Shown: positions 32,099-44,705 of the stretch, in pieces | Layout: each line of letters opens with the position of its first letter | How positions within the stretch are numbered: the stretch's first letter is position 1 | Assembly (NCBI GenBank): GCA_963522145.1 | Contig: CAUQXI010000016.1 | Span: 3,569-67,568, forward strand | Length of the DNA: 64,000 nucleotides | Reading direction: 5' to 3' | From: an uncultured Mesorhizobium sp. | GTDB taxonomy: Bacteria; Pseudomonadota; Alphaproteobacteria; Rhizobiales; Rhizobiaceae | Program-made: the position numbers and the translations under genes | Notes under the pieces: generated by a model | Seen by the model: only the letters and a program-made list of their open reading frames with translations | Databases searched by the model: none | Told to the model about the DNA's origin: nothing

Positions 32099-32887
32099 AT
32101 GCGTTTTCACAAGTCCGAGCTTGCCTTCTTCGTATTCATGTCGATCATCATGGGCGCGGGCGTGATGACCCTGCACGCCTATGGCGTAGCGCAGACAGTT
32201 CCTGACATGGCGAGGGCAGATCGCGCGGAAACCGTCGCCTATCTGGCACGGCTGCTTTTCTTCACCGGCGTGCTCGTCGGCACGGCGGTTCTGTTCGGCG
32301 TGTTCTTCATCTACCCGCTGATCCGCATCCAGGCCCATGAAGAACACAAGCTGCGTGCCATGACGGCGTCCCTGTCGGCACGATCGGAATCGCTGGAGCA
32401 GGCGGCACTGACCGATGCGCTGACCGGCGTTCAGAACCGGCGCTATTTCGATGACGCCCTCAAGGAATATCTTCGCGAGTTCGGCCGGATCGAAAAGCCG
32501 GTCGGCCTGATGCTGCTCGATCTCGATCATTTCAAGCAGATCAACGACTCGCATGGCCATGATGTCGGCGACGAGGTGCTGCGCGCCGTTGCGAAGACGC
32601 TCAAGGACATGACGCGCTACCATGATGTGGTGGCGCGGCTGGGCGGCGAGGAGTTCGCCGTGGTCGGCCCGAACATGGATGCCGAACTGCTCGCCAAGCT
32701 GGCGGAACGTATTCGCCGGGCAATCGCCGGACTGGTCCTGACCTCCGGCAATGTGCGCCTGCGCGTAACGACCAGTGTCGGGCTTGCGGTGTGGGACGGG
32801 GTGGAAAGCGAGGACGAGTTCTTCCGCCGCGCCGACCAGCAGCTTTATGAAGCGAAGCGGCAGGGCCGCAATCGGGTCTGCGCCTGA
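32099..32887 (+). CDS. Membrane-anchored diguanylate cyclase
   Basis: Two TM segments, TDALTG..NRR, DLDHFKQIND.HGH..GD, I-site RYHD, GGEEF. Confidence 0.92.
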   Translation: MRFHKSELAFFVFMSIIMGAGVMTLHAYGVAQTVPDMARADRAETVAYLARLLFFTGVLVGTAVLFGVFFIYPLIRIQAHEEHKLRAMTASLSARSESLEQAALTDALTGVQNRRYFDDALKEYLREFGRIEKPVGLMLLDLDHFKQINDSHGHDVGDEVLRAVAKTLKDMTRYHDVVARLGGEEFAVVGPNMDAELLAKLAERIRRAIAGLVLTSGNVRLRVTTSVGLAVWDGVESEDEFFRRADQQLYEAKRQGRNRVCA

Positions 32888-32930
32888 GGATTGTTCGGGC
32901 GTGCTCGTCGCGCTGCAACAACGCTCCGAA

Positions 32931-34799
32931 TCAGCTCCGGCTGCGCATCCCGAAGGCGCTCGAGCCGCGGCTGAAAGCCTGTTCGTCGTCCGTTCGCGTT
33001 CTTAGCGGGGCTGGTGCCTGCATCGGTGCAGGAACTGGGATCGAGGGCCGTTGCTCGGAAACGGCCACAGGCGATCCTCTTGGGGAGAGATCGCCAGGCT
33101 GAGGCGCCGTGTTCATCGGATCGCCTCCAGACAGCGGGCGTGCCACTTGGCGCAGGCGCTCGACGATTCCACGCAGGTCGATCTCGCCCTCACGCGCGAT
33201 GGCCGCGCCCGAATCGGCACGCGCGACGCCCGGAATGCGCGTCTTGGCGACATGCTCGAACTTCAATCTCATGGTCGCCGCCACGCCCTCGCCGAAGGCG
33301 ATCGCCTCACGCTGGCCCATGGAGGACAGAAACGACAGGCTGGACGCGGAAGAGTCGGCGATGGCCGAGCGGATGATGGCCTGATCGGCCTCGTTGGCAA
33401 GCCGCATGGCGAACACGGTCGAGCACTGGGAAAGGACGGTTGGGTCGAGTTCGCCCGGTCGCTGTGTCACCACGCCGAGGAAGCAGCCGTATTTCCGCCC
33501 TTCCTTGGCGATGCGCGACAGGGCATGGCGCGTAGGCGCGAAGCCGAGTCGTGGGTCGGCTGGCATATAGCGGTGGGCTTCCTCGCAAAGCACGAGAAGC
33601 TTGAGCCGGCCTTCGCTCCATTGTGCGAGCTCGAAACCCAGCCGGGCCAGCACCGAGCACACCGCGTTCACCACCTCTGACGGCAGCCCGGCCATCTCGA
33701 AGCATGTCACCAGGCGACCGTCGCCCGGCACGCGGAAGATCCTGCCGATGGTCTCGTGGATCGAATCCTCGATCACCTGCGCGTTGAACATGAAGCGGTA
33801 GTTCGGGTCACCGAGCGCAGACGCCAGACGGACGCGCAATGCGCGCAAATGCGGCCGGTCTGTCTTGCCGTCGAGAGCGCCCATGCGTTCATCGAGCAGC
33901 TTCAACAGGTCGGCCATGCGATAGGGAACGGGCGTGTCTGCCGTGAAGGCCTCGCCGCCCCGTCGCAGCGGTGCGCCGGCCTGCCCGCCGCGATACATGC
34001 TCTTGGCGAGCGGCAGAAGATCGCGCAGGGCGTCCACTTCTTCCGGCACCGCCTCGCGGCCGCGGAACAGCACCTCGCAGAACTCTTCCAGGTGGAAGAG
34101 CCAGAAGGGAAGGTCGAGATTGCTGCTGTTGATCGACACGGCATGTTCCGGCAGCGTGGCCGCGAACTCGTTGTGGGGGTCGAGGATCAGCACCCGCAGG
34201 TCGGGTCGCGCTTCAAGCGCCTTGCGCAGGAACAGGGCGACCGCCGTCGACTTGCCCACGCCAGTGGTGCCGACAACTGCGAAGTGGCGCGCCAGGGTGT
34301 CATCAATGGCGATATTGGCCGCGATGGCGCTGTCCTGGGAAAGCGACCCGAGCGTGATCGTGCGCCGTCCGGCGAGGTCATAGACTGCCTGAAGGTCTCC
34401 CGCACGAATCCGGTGAGCGATCGCGCCGATATGGGGGTAAACGGTGATGCCCCGGTCGAAGACCGGCGGCTCGCCGGGAGCGCCGTCCCGGACCTCGCCG
34501 ATCAGTTCGAGCTTGACCTCGATCGGGTTCTCCTCGTCCGCGTTCCAGCCGGTGCCCGAGCGGGATATCTCATAAACGAGACCGACGGTGCGGATCGAGC
34601 CGAGGCTGATCGAGATCATGCGGCCTACCGTCCAGTGATCCACGCCGCTGTCGGGCCTTGTGTCGGCGATCGCGCTCGCAACCGCACGTGCGCCGTCGCA
34701 CTGGATGATGTGGCCGAGCACGCGGCGGTCGTTCTGCCTTTCGTCGCGCCGCTCCTGCGAGGTCGCTTCTCCTGCTATCATTTCACGATCTGCGAACAT
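32931..34799 (-). CDS. HerA/FtsK-like ATPase (DUF87 type)
   Basis: N-terminal HAS-barrel-like region, RHFAVVGTTGVGKS, LDPHNEF, EEAHRY, IAKEGRKYG, TQRP.ELD. Confidence 0.85.
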   Translation of the reverse strand: MFADREMIAGEATSQERRDERQNDRRVLGHIIQCDGARAVASAIADTRPDSGVDHWTVGRMISISLGSIRTVGLVYEISRSGTGWNADEENPIEVKLELIGEVRDGAPGEPPVFDRGITVYPHIGAIAHRIRAGDLQAVYDLAGRRTITLGSLSQDSAIAANIAIDDTLARHFAVVGTTGVGKSTAVALFLRKALEARPDLRVLILDPHNEFAATLPEHAVSINSSNLDLPFWLFHLEEFCEVLFRGREAVPEEVDALRDLLPLAKSMYRGGQAGAPLRRGGEAFTADTPVPYRMADLLKLLDERMGALDGKTDRPHLRALRVRLASALGDPNYRFMFNAQVIEDSIHETIGRIFRVPGDGRLVTCFEMAGLPSEVVNAVCSVLARLGFELAQWSEGRLKLLVLCEEAHRYMPADPRLGFAPTRHALSRIAKEGRKYGCFLGVVTQRPGELDPTVLSQCSTVFAMRLANEADQAIIRSAIADSSASSLSFLSSMGQREAIAFGEGVAATMRLKFEHVAKTRIPGVARADSGAAIAREGEIDLRGIVERLRQVARPLSGGDPMNTAPQPGDLSPRGSPVAVSEQRPSIPVPAPMQAPAPLRTRTDDEQAFSRGSSAFGMRSRS

Positions 34800-34933
34800 G
34801 GCCGGCCCCGGCTTCCTCACGCTGTTCCCGATCATCTTCTTAAGATCAGCTGCCTTAAGGGCGAATGATGCGTCATGGTTGACGGGGCATGAAGAAGCGC
34901 TCGTAACGAAGCTGCGCCGTTCCGAAACCGTTG

Positions 34934-34962
34934 TTGACAGAAGGGCAGCCCGGGAATATGCG
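34934..34962 (+). promoter_or_regulatory. Sigma70 promoter of the ilv leader
   Basis: TTGACA-N17-TATGCG. Confidence 0.65.
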
Positions 34963-34969
34963 TGGAAGG

Positions 34970-35023
34970 ATGATGTCGAGCATTATTCTCGTAGTAGGAG
35001 CGCGCGTGGGCAAGGCGGTGTAA
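34970..35023 (+). CDS. ilv operon leader peptide (MMSSIILVVGARVGKAV)
   Basis: Short ORF with an Ile-Ile-Leu-Val-Val run, lying between the promoter and a terminator upstream of ilvI. Confidence 0.8.
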   Translation: MMSSIILVVGARVGKAV

Positions 35024-35057
35024 CCGCCTGGCGATAGCCTCCCATGCGCGACGGTCG

Positions 35058-35087
35058 AAGGCTCCCCCGAGGGAGCCTTTTTTGTTT
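35058..35087 (+). terminator. Attenuator terminator upstream of ilvI
   Basis: aaggctccc-ccga-gggagcctt followed by ttttgttt. Confidence 0.85.
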
Positions 35088-35139
35088 CTCGCGCCGGCGA
35101 AATAACGGCATCACGACAATGCAGAGCGGAATTCAGGCG

Positions 35140-36951
35140 ATGAATATTCAGGCCGAACAGCACGGCGCAACACGAGCCGAAGACCAGACCCAGCGCGAGA
35201 TGACAGGCGCGGCGATGGTCGTGCAGGCGCTCAAGGACAATGACGTGCTTCACCTCTTCGGCTATCCCGGAGGCGCGGTCCTGCCCATCTATGACGAACT
35301 GTTCCAGCAGGACGACATCAAGCACATTTTGGTGCGGCACGAGCAGGGCGCGGGCCATGCGGCGGAAGGCTATGCGCGCTCCACGGGCAAGCCGGGCGTC
35401 ATGCTCGTCACGTCCGGTCCCGGCGCAACCAACGCCGTGACGCCGCTGCAGGACGCGCTGATGGATTCCATCCCGCTCGTCTGCATCACGGGTCAGGTCC
35501 CGACCTCGCTGATCGGTTCGGACGCTTTTCAGGAATGCGACACCGTCGGCATCACGCGTCCCTGCACCAAGCACAACTGGCTGGTGCGGGATGTGAACGA
35601 GCTGTCGGCCGTGCTGCACGAGGCCTTTCATGTCGCGACAACCGGGCGGCCGGGGCCGGTCGTGGTCGATGTTCCCAAGGACGTGATGTTCGCCACGGGC
35701 ATCTATACGCCACCGCAGACGGCGCCTCGCACCTCCTACCAGCCGCGCGTCGTGGCCGACCCTTCCCGCATCCGCGAGGCGGTCGCGTTGATGCTCTCGG
35801 CCAAGCGTCCGGTTCTTTATACCGGCGGCGGCATCATCAATGCAGGCCCGCATGCGAGCCGGCTTCTGCGCGAGCTCGTCGAGCTGACGAATTTCCCGAT
35901 CACTTCCACGCTGATGGGCTTGGGTGCCTACCCGGCATCAGGCACGAACTGGCTCGGCATGCTCGGCATGCACGGCACCTATGAAGCCAACATGACCATG
36001 CACGATTGCGACGTGATGGTGTGCCTGGGCGCGCGCTTCGACGATCGCATCACCGGGCGGATCAGCGCGTTCTCGCCGAACTCCCGCAAGATCCACGTCG
36101 ACATCGACCCGTCTTCCATCAACAAGAATGTGCATGTCGACGTCCCGATCCGGGGCGATGTCGGCCTCGTCCTGGAAGAGATGGTGCGGCTCGTCCGCGC
36201 CTCCGGCCCGTTTGACGGTCACGCGCTCAAGGCGTGGCACGAGCAGATCGATCGTTGGCGCGGCCGCGATTCGCTCGCCTTCCGGCCGAACAGTGACTTG
36301 ATCATGCCGCAATATGCCGTTCAGCGGTTGTTCGAGCTGACCAAGGATCGCGATACCTTCATCACCACGGAGGTCGGCCAGCACCAGATGTGGGCCGCGC
36401 AGTATTATGGCTTCGAGAAGCCGAACCGCTGGATGACCTCGGGCGGGCTCGGCACGATGGGCTACGGCCTGCCGGCGGCACTCGGTGTGCAGATCGCGCA
36501 TCCGGATTCACTCGTCATCGACATTGCCGGCGACGCTTCGGTGCAGATGACAATGCAGGAGATGTCCACCGCGGTGCAGTATGAGGCGCCGATCAAGATC
36601 TTCATCCTGAACAACCAGTATATGGGCATGGTGCGCCAGTGGCAGCAACTGCTGCACGGCAATCGCCTGTCGCATTCCTATACCGAAGCGATGCCCGATT
36701 TCGTGAAGCTCGCCGAGGCCTATGGCGGGCATGGCATCCGCTGCGAGAAGCCCGGCGATCTGGACGAGGCGATCCGGGAGATGATCGACGTCCGTAAGCC
36801 CGTGCTGTTCGACTGCCGCGTGGCGAACCTCGCCAACTGCTTCCCGATGATTCCATCCGGCAAGGCGCATAACGAGATGCTCCTGCCCGACGAGGCGACG
36901 GACGAGGCGGTGGCAACGGCGATCGATGCGAAGGGCAGGGCGCTGGTCTAG
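35140..36951 (+). CDS. ilvI: Acetolactate synthase large subunit
   Basis: [51 protein letters not shown]; start approximate. Confidence 0.95.
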   Translation: MNIQAEQHGATRAEDQTQREMTGAAMVVQALKDNDVLHLFGYPGGAVLPIYDELFQQDDIKHILVRHEQGAGHAAEGYARSTGKPGVMLVTSGPGATNAVTPLQDALMDSIPLVCITGQVPTSLIGSDAFQECDTVGITRPCTKHNWLVRDVNELSAVLHEAFHVATTGRPGPVVVDVPKDVMFATGIYTPPQTAPRTSYQPRVVADPSRIREAVALMLSAKRPVLYTGGGIINAGPHASRLLRELVELTNFPITSTLMGLGAYPASGTNWLGMLGMHGTYEANMTMHDCDVMVCLGARFDDRITGRISAFSPNSRKIHVDIDPSSINKNVHVDVPIRGDVGLVLEEMVRLVRASGPFDGHALKAWHEQIDRWRGRDSLAFRPNSDLIMPQYAVQRLFELTKDRDTFITTEVGQHQMWAAQYYGFEKPNRWMTSGGLGTMGYGLPAALGVQIAHPDSLVIDIAGDASVQMTMQEMSTAVQYEAPIKIFILNNQYMGMVRQWQQLLHGNRLSHSYTEAMPDFVKLAEAYGGHGIRCEKPGDLDEAIREMIDVRKPVLFDCRVANLANCFPMIPSGKAHNEMLLPDEATDEAVATAIDAKGRALV

Positions 36952-37004
36952 CGCTCGGCACATCCATCGCCCTTCAAACGTCAGCCTGAATCGAGAACCG
37001 CATC

Positions 37005-37592
37005 ATGAACGCGCAGCTTCAGCCGACCGGCTCGGCCTATTTCATCGCAAAGGAAACGGAAAAGCCGGAGCCCCGCACGCTGTCGGTGCTGGTGGATAAT
37101 GAGCCAGGCGTGCTCGCGCGCGTGATCGGCCTGTTCTCCGGTCGTGGCTACAATATCGAAAGCCTGACGGTTTCGGAGACCGAGCGCGCCAAGCACCTGT
37201 CGCGCATCACGATCGTGACGCGGGGAACGCCGCATGTGCTCGAACAGATCAAGCATCAGCTCGAGCGCATCGTGCCGGTGCATCACGTGACCGACCTGTC
37301 CGTGCGCGCCGGGGAACTCGGCCATGACAAGCCGCTGGCGCGTGAGCTCGCTCTCGTAAAGGTGGCGGGGACCGGCGAGCCTCGGCTTGAGGCACTGCGG
37401 CTCGCGGAAGCCTTCCGGGCCAAGGTGATCGACGCCAACACGGAGCACTTCATCTTCGAGATCACGGGCGCGGTATCGAAGATCGAGCAATTCATCGCCA
37501 TCATGGCGCCACTGGGCCTGGTGGAAGTCTGCCGTACCGGGGTTGCCGCCATGAACCGTGGCCGACAGGGGATGGATGATCCCCTGGCCTGA
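37005..37592 (+). CDS. ilvH: Acetolactate synthase small subunit
   Basis: ACT domain LVDNEPGVLARV.GLFSGRGYNIESL; RELALVKV. Confidence 0.95.
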   Translation: MNAQLQPTGSAYFIAKETEKPEPRTLSVLVDNEPGVLARVIGLFSGRGYNIESLTVSETERAKHLSRITIVTRGTPHVLEQIKHQLERIVPVHHVTDLSVRAGELGHDKPLARELALVKVAGTGEPRLEALRLAEAFRAKVIDANTEHFIFEITGAVSKIEQFIAIMAPLGLVEVCRTGVAAMNRGRQGMDDPLA

Positions 37593-37648
37593 ACGCCAAC
37601 TTTCTACACCCTCTAATCGGCCGGCTATCCCGGCAAAGCGGGTCGACC

Positions 37649-38245
37649 ATGTCCAGCGACGCCTTTCTGGCGCTTCTCGTTTATGCCTTTGTGAGTTCTA
37701 TCACACCGGGACCGAACAACTTCATGCTGCTCGCATCGAGCGTGAATTTCGGCTTCGTGCGCACGATCCCGCATATGCTGGGAATCGGCATTGGCTTCTT
37801 TTTACTTCTGCTCGGCGTCGGCTTCGGGCTGGGTACCCTGCTCGCCGCCTTTCCCGCGATGCACATCGCGCTCAAGGTCGCGGGCGGGGCCTATCTGCTC
37901 TTCCTCGCCTGGAAGATCGCAACGTCGCGCAAGCTCGGATCCGGCCGCGAAGAAGGCGCGCGCCCCATGCGTTTCATCGAGGCGGCGGCGTTTCAGTGGG
38001 TCAACCCGAAGGCCTGGGTCATGGCGCTGTCGGCTATGGCCGTTTATACCAGTCCGGCCGCGCCCTATCGCTCCGTGCTCATTGTGGGAAGCGCTTTCGC
38101 GCTGGTGAACTTTCCCAGCGTTTCCTGCTGGGCAGGTTTCGGCACGGGCCTTCGGGGTTTCCTGTCAGATCCCACGCGCCTTAAATGGTTCAACATTGTG
38201 ATGGGGCTCACGCTCGCCGCCACGCTGTGGCCGATGCTGCGCTGA
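37649..38245 (+). CDS. LysE/RhtB family amino acid exporter
   Basis: SITPGPNN, G..YL..LAW, FQWVNPKAW. Confidence 0.9.
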   Translation: MSSDAFLALLVYAFVSSITPGPNNFMLLASSVNFGFVRTIPHMLGIGIGFFLLLLGVGFGLGTLLAAFPAMHIALKVAGGAYLLFLAWKIATSRKLGSGREEGARPMRFIEAAAFQWVNPKAWVMALSAMAVYTSPAAPYRSVLIVGSAFALVNFPSVSCWAGFGTGLRGFLSDPTRLKWFNIVMGLTLAATLWPMLR

Positions 38246-38324
38246 AATCGGCCGGGCTTTTGCGCGAGGAGTTTTCAACGCCTGGCCGCTTGCCGCGGGG
38301 CCGAGAATCCTGTCCATCCCGCTG

Positions 38325-39452
38325 ATGGAATTCTCACCACAGCAGGACGAGGCGCTGAAGGCCGTCAGCCGCTGGCTGAAGGAAGGGCGGCCGCAGCTGT
38401 TCCGGCTGTTCGGCTATGCCGGCACGGGAAAGACCACGCTTGCGCGCCATTTCGCAGAAGGCGTCGATGGCGGTGTGCAATTCGCCGCGTTCACGGGGAA
38501 GGCCGCGCAGGTGCTGCGTTCGAAGGGCGCCACCAACGCGCGCACCATTCATTCCCTGATCTATCGCCCGCGCGGCGAGGAAAGCGTGACGGAGGAAACA
38601 ACGGGAAAGACGTCGGTCTCGCCCACTTTCACGCTCAACCGCCAAAGCCCGATCGCGCGCGCCAAGCTCGTGGTCATCGACGAATGCTCGATGGTGGACG
38701 AGCAGCTCGGCCGTGACCTTCTGTCGTTCGGCACGCCCGTGCTTGTGCTGGGTGATCCCGGCCAGCTCCCGCCGATCTCGGGCGGCGGCTTCTTCACGGA
38801 AGCCGAGCCCGACTTCCTTTTGACCGAGATTCACCGCCAGGCGCGCGACAACGCCATCATCCGGCTCGCGCTCGACGTCCGCGAGGGCCGCGAATTCATG
38901 CGCGGGGATCACGGCGAAGCGCGCGTGATCGGCAAGGAGGAGGTCGAGCGGGACCTCGTGCTCGGCGCCGATCAGGTGCTGGTGGGGACCAACCGCACGC
39001 GGCGGCGCTACAACAGCCGCCTGCGTGAGCTGAAGGGCTTCACCATGGCCGTACCGCAGGCGGGCGACAAGCTCGTCTGCCTGCGCAACGATCCGGCAAA
39101 GGGGCTTCTCAACGGCTCGCTGTGGAAGGTGATGACCGCGTCACGCGAAACCACCAAGCCGGGCATCAACCTTCTCGTCTCGCCCGAGGAGGATGATCCC
39201 GATCGCGGCGTGGCGAAGATCAAGCTGCTCAAGGACACGTTCGAGAACCCGGACACGGAGATCGGCTGGGCGGCGCGAAAGCGCTACGACGATTTCGACT
39301 TCGGCTACGCGCTGACGGTGCACAAGGCGCAGGGGTCGCAATGGAACGAGGTCATGCTGTTCGACGAAAGCTGGGCCTTCAAGGACACCCGCGCGCGCTG
39401 GCTTTATACGGCCATCACCCGCGCGGCGCAGCGGCTCACCATCGTTCGTTGA
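38325..39452 (+). CDS. RecD/Dda-like SF1B helicase
   Basis: GYAGTGKT, AFTGKAA, TIHSLIY, IDECSMV, GDPGQLPP, YALTVHKAQGS, YTAITRA. Confidence 0.9.
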   Translation: MEFSPQQDEALKAVSRWLKEGRPQLFRLFGYAGTGKTTLARHFAEGVDGGVQFAAFTGKAAQVLRSKGATNARTIHSLIYRPRGEESVTEETTGKTSVSPTFTLNRQSPIARAKLVVIDECSMVDEQLGRDLLSFGTPVLVLGDPGQLPPISGGGFFTEAEPDFLLTEIHRQARDNAIIRLALDVREGREFMRGDHGEARVIGKEEVERDLVLGADQVLVGTNRTRRRYNSRLRELKGFTMAVPQAGDKLVCLRNDPAKGLLNGSLWKVMTASRETTKPGINLLVSPEEDDPDRGVAKIKLLKDTFENPDTEIGWAARKRYDDFDFGYALTVHKAQGSQWNEVMLFDESWAFKDTRARWLYTAITRAAQRLTIVR

Positions 39453-39627
39453 GTCTCCTCCGCGCGCAGGGCTGTTGAAGACGCAGGCCCCGTCACCCAC
39501 TTCTTCCACAGGATTCACCACGAGCCGGAAGCCAAGCAGCACCGATGCAACGCGGCGTTTGCCATTGCGTTGAAACGAGCCTAGTGGTCCCGCGCTTCCA
39601 CGCGTGTTTCAAGGAAACCTTGTCTCC

Positions 39628-41535
39628 ATGGCAATTGCCGAACCCGGCAGCGCGGCGAAGCCTGCGCATTCCCACGCCGCTTCCCATTCGACCTCAACCC
39701 TGCTGCTCGGCGCACTCGGGGTCGTCTTCGGAGACATTGGCACAAGCCCGATCTATGCGTTTCGCGAGGCGCTTCATGCAGCAGCGGACGGCGGAGTGGC
39801 CGCGCGCGAAGACGTGCTCGGCGTGCTGTCCCTGATCGTCTGGGCGCTGACCATCATCGTCACAATCAAATATGTCGTCTTCGTGCTGCGTGCCGACAAC
39901 CAGGGCGAGGGCGGCACGCTGTCGCTGATGGCGCTGGCGCGGGCGAGCTATCCCAAGCGGGCCGGCGCGATCCTCGCCATTGGCCTATGCGGTGCCGCGC
40001 TTTTCTTTGGCGACGCTGTGATCACGCCCGCGATCTCCGTGCTTTCCGCAGTGGAGGGATTGAAGGAGATCACGCCGGCCTTTGACCCGTTCGTGGAGCC
40101 GATCACGATTGTGATTCTGGCCCTTCTTTTCGCCGTGCAGCGCTTCGGCACCGCAAGCGTCGCACGTATCTTCGGACCCGTGATGGCCGTTTGGTTCCTC
40201 GTTCTCGGGGGCGCGGGGCTTTATCACATCACGGACGATCCCAGCGTGCTCCTTGCGATCAATCCGGCGCATGCGGTGGGCTTTCTGGCCAGTCAGTCCG
40301 ACATCGCCTTCATTACGATCGGTGCTGTGTTCCTGGCGGTTACCGGAGCCGAGGCGCTTTACGTGGATCTCGGCCATTTCGGGCGTCGGCCGATCGTGCT
40401 GGCATGGATCGCGATCGTGTTTCCCTGCCTTCTCCTCAACTATTTCGGCCAGGGCGCCTTCGTGCTTGCCCATGGCGGAACGCCGCGCAACCCCTTCTTC
40501 GAGATGATTCCCGAGTGGGGGCTTCTACCTGTTGTGCTTCTCGCCACGGCCGCCACGGTGATCGCCAGCCAGGCCGTGATCACCGGCGCTTATTCGCTGA
40601 CCCGGCAGGCAGTGCAGCTCACTCTGCTGCCGCGCTTCGTGATCCAGCACACATCCGAAACGCAGTCCGGCCAGATCTACATGCCGCGCGTCAACCTGCT
40701 GCTTGCGCTCGGCGTGATGCTGCTTGTGGTGGGCTTCGGCGAATCCAGCTCGCTTGCCGCCGCCTACGGCATCTCGGTCACCGGCGAGATGCTCATGACC
40801 ACGATCCTGCTCTTCGTGGTGATGCGCCATGGCTGGAAGTGGAGCCTGCTCGCAGCGGCCGCGCTCGCGATCATGTTCGGCATTCTCGACACCGGCTTCT
40901 TCCTGGCCAATGCCGTGAAGATCGCGGATGGCGGCTGGGTGTCGATCCTTGTTGCCGCCGGTATGGGCGTGATCATGTGGACCTGGGTGCGCGGCACCCG
41001 CTACCTGTTCGACAAGACGCGCAAGAGCGAAATCCCTTTCGACGTGCTGGTGGAAAGCTTGTCGCGCAAGCCGCCGCATCTGGTTCAGGGGACGGCCGTC
41101 TTTTTGACCAGCGATCCGGCCAGTGCGCCAACGGCGTTGATGCACAGCCTGAAGCATTACAAGGTCCTGCACGAGCAGAACGTGATCCTGTCGGTCATCA
41201 CCGCGCAGGAACCGACGGTGCCCGACAGCGAGCGGGTGAAGATGGAGATGGTCAACAGCCTCTTCATGCGCGTGACGCTCCGCTTCGGCTATATGGAACA
41301 GCCGCACATCCCGCGCGCGCTCGCCATCTGCCGCAAGCAGGGCTGGAAGTTCGACATCATGACGACATCGTTCTTCCTGTCGCGCCGCTCGTTCAAGGCT
41401 TCTGCCAGTTCGGGCATGCCGATCTGGCAGGATCGCCTCTTCATCGGTCTGGCGCGGACGGCAGCCGATGCGACGGAATATTTCCAGATCCCGACCGGCC
41501 GGGTGGTGGAGATCGGGACGCAGGTCGCGATCTGA
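39628..41535 (+). CDS. kup: Potassium transporter Kup
   Basis: [40 protein letters not shown]. Confidence 0.96.
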   Translation: MAIAEPGSAAKPAHSHAASHSTSTLLLGALGVVFGDIGTSPIYAFREALHAAADGGVAAREDVLGVLSLIVWALTIIVTIKYVVFVLRADNQGEGGTLSLMALARASYPKRAGAILAIGLCGAALFFGDAVITPAISVLSAVEGLKEITPAFDPFVEPITIVILALLFAVQRFGTASVARIFGPVMAVWFLVLGGAGLYHITDDPSVLLAINPAHAVGFLASQSDIAFITIGAVFLAVTGAEALYVDLGHFGRRPIVLAWIAIVFPCLLLNYFGQGAFVLAHGGTPRNPFFEMIPEWGLLPVVLLATAATVIASQAVITGAYSLTRQAVQLTLLPRFVIQHTSETQSGQIYMPRVNLLLALGVMLLVVGFGESSSLAAAYGISVTGEMLMTTILLFVVMRHGWKWSLLAAAALAIMFGILDTGFFLANAVKIADGGWVSILVAAGMGVIMWTWVRGTRYLFDKTRKSEIPFDVLVESLSRKPPHLVQGTAVFLTSDPASAPTALMHSLKHYKVLHEQNVILSVITAQEPTVPDSERVKMEMVNSLFMRVTLRFGYMEQPHIPRALAICRKQGWKFDIMTTSFFLSRRSFKASASSGMPIWQDRLFIGLARTAADATEYFQIPTGRVVEIGTQVAI

Positions 41536-41631
41536 CCGGAGCTATCCGGCTTTTCCTCCTCACACGCTACGCTTTGCCGCCTTGTTCCTGCCGTGCCACC
41601 TGCGCGAGGCTGTCGGCATGAGGACGGCAGA

Positions 41632-42924
41632 GTGAGCGGGAACTCGTATTCCGTTGCGGTGATCGGTGCGGGGCCGGCGGGCCTTGCCGCAGCGCTTGCG
41701 CTTGCGCGCGACGGACATCATGTGGAGGTGATCGAGCGCTTCGAGCGGCCGGCACCGGTCGGCTCAGGCTTGATCCTTCAGCCGACAGGTCTGGCCGTGC
41801 TGCACAGCCTGGGTCTTCTGGACGACATCCTGAACCTCGGCGCGCGGATCAATCGCCTCTGCGGTGTCGATGCTCTAAGCGGCAGGACGGTGCTCGACGT
41901 GTCCTATGCTGCCGGCGGACACGATCGTTTCGGGCTCGCCGTCCACCGCGCCGCGCTGTTCAACACGCTCTTCCATGCTGTGCAGGCGGCCGGGATCGCT
42001 CTGCGCACGGGCATCACCGTGACGGGGGTGGACGTATCCGTCGCGCAGGCCTCCGTTGTTTCCGAACCGGGCGCGATTAAAGGGCGTTATGATCTCGTGG
42101 TGGATGCGAGCGGGCGCGGTTCGCGGCTGCGCGCTTTCTGCCATCGTCCGGCGGAGCCGCGTTCTCTGCCTTATGGCGCGTTCTGGGCAACCTTGCCCTG
42201 GCATGGACATGGCTTCAACCCGCACGCCCTTCTTCAGCGCTACCAAGGTGCCAGCGTGATGATCGGCGTGCTGCCGATCGGACGCCCGACGCTCGACGCG
42301 TCTCCCATGGCGGCGTTTTTCTGGAGCCTGAAACCGGAGGAAGCACACATCGTGCGAGCGCAGGGTCTCCCTGCCTGGAAGGCGCGCCTCTTGGCGCTGT
42401 GGCCTGAAACCGTGCCTTATCTCGATGCCATCCACGACTTTGATCAGCTGACACTTGCACGCTATGGACATCACACACTCGCGCCGCCAACGGGAGAGCG
42501 GATCGCCTTTATCGGCGACGCCGCACATTCGACGAGCCCGCAGCTTGGCCAGGGTGCGAACATGGCATTGCTCGACGCCGCCGCCCTGGCAAGCGCATTG
42601 CGCGATGCGCCGAGTGTCACGACAGCGCTTGACCTTTACGCAAAGCGGCGCCGGAGGCACGTGGCGCTGTTCCAAGCGATGTCACGGCTCTTCACACCCT
42701 TCTACCAGTCGGACAGCCGGGTGCTGCCATTCCTGCGCGACGGTCTCGTCGCCACCCTGGCGCGGCTCCCACCGGTCCAGCGGCTGCTTGCTGCCACGGT
42801 GACGGGCATCCTTCTTGATCCCCTTGCTGCAATCCGCGTGCTCGAACCGGACTGGAAGGCTTGGCAAAGCCGGGAACATCCGCTTGCAACAGGCACCCAA
42901 TCGTGGCAGAGGGTCGAACCGTAA
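41632..42924 (+). CDS. FAD-dependent monooxygenase
   Basis: GAGPAG Rossmann motif, DASG..S.LR, IGDAAH..SPQLGQGAN; GTG start assumed. Confidence 0.85.
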   Translation: MSGNSYSVAVIGAGPAGLAAALALARDGHHVEVIERFERPAPVGSGLILQPTGLAVLHSLGLLDDILNLGARINRLCGVDALSGRTVLDVSYAAGGHDRFGLAVHRAALFNTLFHAVQAAGIALRTGITVTGVDVSVAQASVVSEPGAIKGRYDLVVDASGRGSRLRAFCHRPAEPRSLPYGAFWATLPWHGHGFNPHALLQRYQGASVMIGVLPIGRPTLDASPMAAFFWSLKPEEAHIVRAQGLPAWKARLLALWPETVPYLDAIHDFDQLTLARYGHHTLAPPTGERIAFIGDAAHSTSPQLGQGANMALLDAAALASALRDAPSVTTALDLYAKRRRRHVALFQAMSRLFTPFYQSDSRVLPFLRDGLVATLARLPPVQRLLAATVTGILLDPLAAIRVLEPDWKAWQSREHPLATGTQSWQRVEP

Positions 42925-42936
42925 CGTACGGTACGG
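42919..42936. promoter_or_regulatory. Imperfect 18-bp palindrome, candidate TetR operator
   Basis: ccgtaacgtacggtacgg (16/18 self-complementary), 6 bp before the tetR start. Confidence 0.6.
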
Positions 42937-42942
42937 CCTCCA

Positions 42943-44629
<1,687 letters not shown>

Positions 44630-44651
44630 AATCGCGCCTGAGCCAGAAACA

Positions 44652-44684
44652 GAAAAGGCCCGGGAATTTCTCCCGGGCCTTTTC
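44652..44684. terminator. Bidirectional intrinsic terminator
   Basis: gaaaaggcccggga-atttc-tcccgggccttttc between convergent ilvC and BA14K. Confidence 0.85.
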
Positions 44685-44705
44685 GTTGGTGCCTGACTAA
44701 GCGGC

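Noticed and set aside
34840..34858. CtrA site upstream of the HerA-like gene (TTAA...TTAA)
   Set aside because: The half-sites are 11 nt apart rather than the 7 nt of TTAA-N7-TTAA.
32931..39452. HerA plus RecD-like helicase as an anti-phage defence system
   Set aside because: The genes are separated by ilvIH and lysE, there is no effector partner, and the context is housekeeping.
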